The position numbers and the translations under genes are program-made. A DNA stretch of 64,000 bases from NCBI GenBank assembly GCA_046761065.1, contig JBHIFL010000012.1, positions 1 through 64,000 on the forward strand, in the 5' to 3' direction. Source of the DNA: Candidatus Heimdallarchaeota archaeon. GTDB lineage: Archaea; Asgardarchaeota; Wukongarchaeia; Wukongarchaeales; JBHIFL01. Positions 61,838 through 64,000 of the stretch are shown here, piece after piece. Under the pieces are notes generated by a model that saw only the letters and a list, made by a program, of their open reading frames with translations, did no database searches and had not been told where the DNA came from. Position 1 is the first letter of the stretch; each line of letters starts with the position of its first letter.

Positions 61838-62837
61838 ATGAAATTTCGGTATTGAATTTGTTCCGTCTACCCCAACATTAGACATGGCTTATTATTCACG
61901 AATCGCCGAAAAATCTGGTTTCGAATATGTATGGATAACTGATCACTTTGTCAATCGAAATGTTTTTGTCGCCTTAACTCAAGTAGCCCTTTATACAAAT
62001 ACAATCAGGGTCGGAAGCGGAGTTACCAATCCTTATACTGCCAATCCAGCTGTAGTGGCCAGTAGTATTGCAACAATTGATGAAATAAGTGGAAATCGGA
62101 CAATCCTTGGAATCGGGGCAGGAGACAAGGTGACTCTACGTAATCTTGGGGTTAAACGCAAAAAGGCACTCCACGCGATGCGAGAAAGTGTGGAAATAAT
62201 CCGCAAGCTCTGGACACGAGAGATCGTCACTCTAAACGGAGAGGTGTTCAAAATACCAAAGGCGCAGCTAGGGTTTCGCGTTAAAAGACCTCTCCCGATC
62301 TACTTAGCAGCCCAAGGGCCAAAGATGCTTGCTTTAGCTGCAGAAATAGCTGATGGGGTTTTAATTAATGCTTCTCATCCAAAAGACTACATCTTAGCAA
62401 AAAAACAATTAGAAATTGGAGCAGAAAGAGGACAGCGGAGCCTACACGACTTTGACATTGCGGCCTATACTTCTTTTTCAATCGATAAGAATCGTGATAG
62501 GGCCGAAAAGGAAGCCAAACTAGTTGTTGCCTTTATTGTAGCAGGATCCCTATCATTAATTCTTGAACGGCACAACATCCCAATCGAGGAAGCCAAGAAA
62601 ATTGATACCCTACTTTTTGAAGGGAAATTCAAACACGCGGCGGCGGCTGTTACTCCAGAGATGCTGGATGTTTTTGCAATTTGTGGAACACCGGATGAAT
62701 GCATCCAGAAAATTGAAAAATTGGCAAAGGTGGGAGTCACCCAGCTCGTTTGCGGCTCACCCCTTGGGAAAAATATTCCGGAAGCCATCAAATTGATTGG
62801 AAGGACTATTCTGCCGGAGTTTCTGAGTAGGTGGTAA
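61838..62837 (+). CDS. mer: second Mer-like paralog with a +1 frameshift at codon 3
   Basis: ATG AAA TTT C GGT ATT GAA TTT: the MKFGIEF start is out of frame by one base with ORF 61884-62837. Confidence 0.75.
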
Positions 62838-62850
62838 GATTCTAAAAATA

Positions 62851-63789
62851 TCAAAAGACCTTAACTTTCAGAACTTTCAGCTCTCTTCCCGCCGTCCCAA
62901 CCACCACTTCATTTTTGTTATCACAATCAAGGTCACCAACCACACAACACAAAATAGCTTCGTCAAAGTGATACTTACATAGCTGGGTGCCTAAAGCATC
63001 AATAATCCTCAAACTTTTGTCATAACAGCCTACGAGAAGTTCTTTTTGGCCATCTCCGGTGAGATCTTCCACAAAACTACATCGGACGACACCAAAGATG
63101 TTCAGATCCCATAACAGGTCTGTTAGTTGAAATACGCTTAGACTACCAGAAACAACTTCTTTTTTCCCATCTCCGGTGAGATCTTCCACAAAGCAATGAC
63201 AGACGGGGCGCGGAAAGGACTTTTGCCAAAGAAGATCCCCATTCAGGTCGAGTACTCTTAGGCTTTTATCATAACTCCCAACAAGGAGTTCATTTTCCCC
63301 ATCATTATTGCAATCTCCAACATAACAACTGAGCACTGCTTGCTTTAAGTGGAGTTCCCATATCCCTTTTCCCGCCCCATCAAGAATTTTTAGAGTCCCA
63401 TCATCTAACCCAATAAGGAGCTCATTAGTTCCATCCCCAAAAATATCACCCATGTAACAACACCGTATGGAATCATCATGGATTTGTTCCCAGAGTTTTA
63501 AACCATTCAGGTTCAAAGCGGTGAGGGTTCCGTCTGCGCACCCAGCAATCACTACGCCTTTCGGATCCCATGCGCTAGTTCCGATTGAACAACACCAAAT
63601 ACTATCTTCAAACTCGTGTGACCAGGCTTGATTGCCATAACCATCAAACATGCTCAATGTTGCATCTTCACTCCCAACAATAAGATCATGCTGTCTAGGA
63701 TCCCGTACCCCGACAGCGCAACATGTTACACTATCACCAAAAGTTCTCTTCCAGAATTCATTCAATTCCCAAAGAGGTCGCTGGGGCAA
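62851..63789 (-). CDS. FG-GAP-like beta-propeller protein
   Basis: Repeats DxxGDGxxELLVGxxDxxLR; no signal peptide apparent. Confidence 0.8.
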   Translation of the reverse strand: MPQRPLWELNEFWKRTFGDSVTCCAVGVRDPRQHDLIVGSEDATLSMFDGYGNQAWSHEFEDSIWCCSIGTSAWDPKGVVIAGCADGTLTALNLNGLKLWEQIHDDSIRCCYMGDIFGDGTNELLIGLDDGTLKILDGAGKGIWELHLKQAVLSCYVGDCNNDGENELLVGSYDKSLRVLDLNGDLLWQKSFPRPVCHCFVEDLTGDGKKEVVSGSLSVFQLTDLLWDLNIFGVVRCSFVEDLTGDGQKELLVGCYDKSLRIIDALGTQLCKYHFDEAILCCVVGDLDCDNKNEVVVGTAGRELKVLKVKVF

Positions 63790-64000
63790 TTTCGAGCACC
63801 TAGATGTTGCCCATCGATCAATATATATTATATAGTATATTATGTATTTACTCTTTTCGCAGCCTAGTCCACGGACAGAGTCTCACCCCCAATTATTTCT
63901 GAAAGAACTAAGTGGAAATCACAATTTTTGCTGACCTTATATTAAAAGCAAAACCTGTTTTATTTTCTAAAAATAAACACTAACAAATTTAAAGCATACA

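Overview
This is an archaeal chromosome segment, most likely from an Asgard archaeon. It carries TFB, an intron-containing tRNA-Tyr, archaeal GluRS and Cdc48, plus eukaryote-signature-like genes: an ADF/cofilin, a longin-like protein, a TM-solenoid-RING protein, GTPBP1/2 and a BBS2/FG-GAP-like propeller. 0.2-4.6 kb is a patch of decaying pseudogenes followed by an FTR1 iron permease. About 5.7-16.8 kb is a compositionally foreign island holding an array-less CRISPR-Cas-derived system. Its minus-strand operon encodes a 1302-aa fusion (inactivated Ski2/Hel308-like helicase, HTH, Cys clusters and a C-terminal Cas1 with apparently intact catalytic residues), a DUF1998-type SF2 helicase and a metallophosphoesterase. 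Its plus-strand side encodes two paralogous PD-(D/E)xK-like nucleases, a Cas7-like RAMP and a Cas5-like RAMP fused to a circularly permuted HD domain. I found no cas2, cas6, large subunit or CRISPR array. Instead, a ~140-nt element with structure-preserving hairpins occurs twice: once as an in-frame insertion in the second nuclease gene and once directly after cas5-HD. A 13-bp inverted repeat brackets the island. The rest is housekeeping: ASH-Ski2 helicase, trpB2, a CBS-HPF protein, a heat-shock operon with a palindromic operator, class II RNR, an unassigned ~290-nt structured RNA candidate, a metV-metF-hdrA/mvhD-hdrC-hdrB cluster and two mer-like genes. All calls come from reading motifs by eye; no database searches were run.
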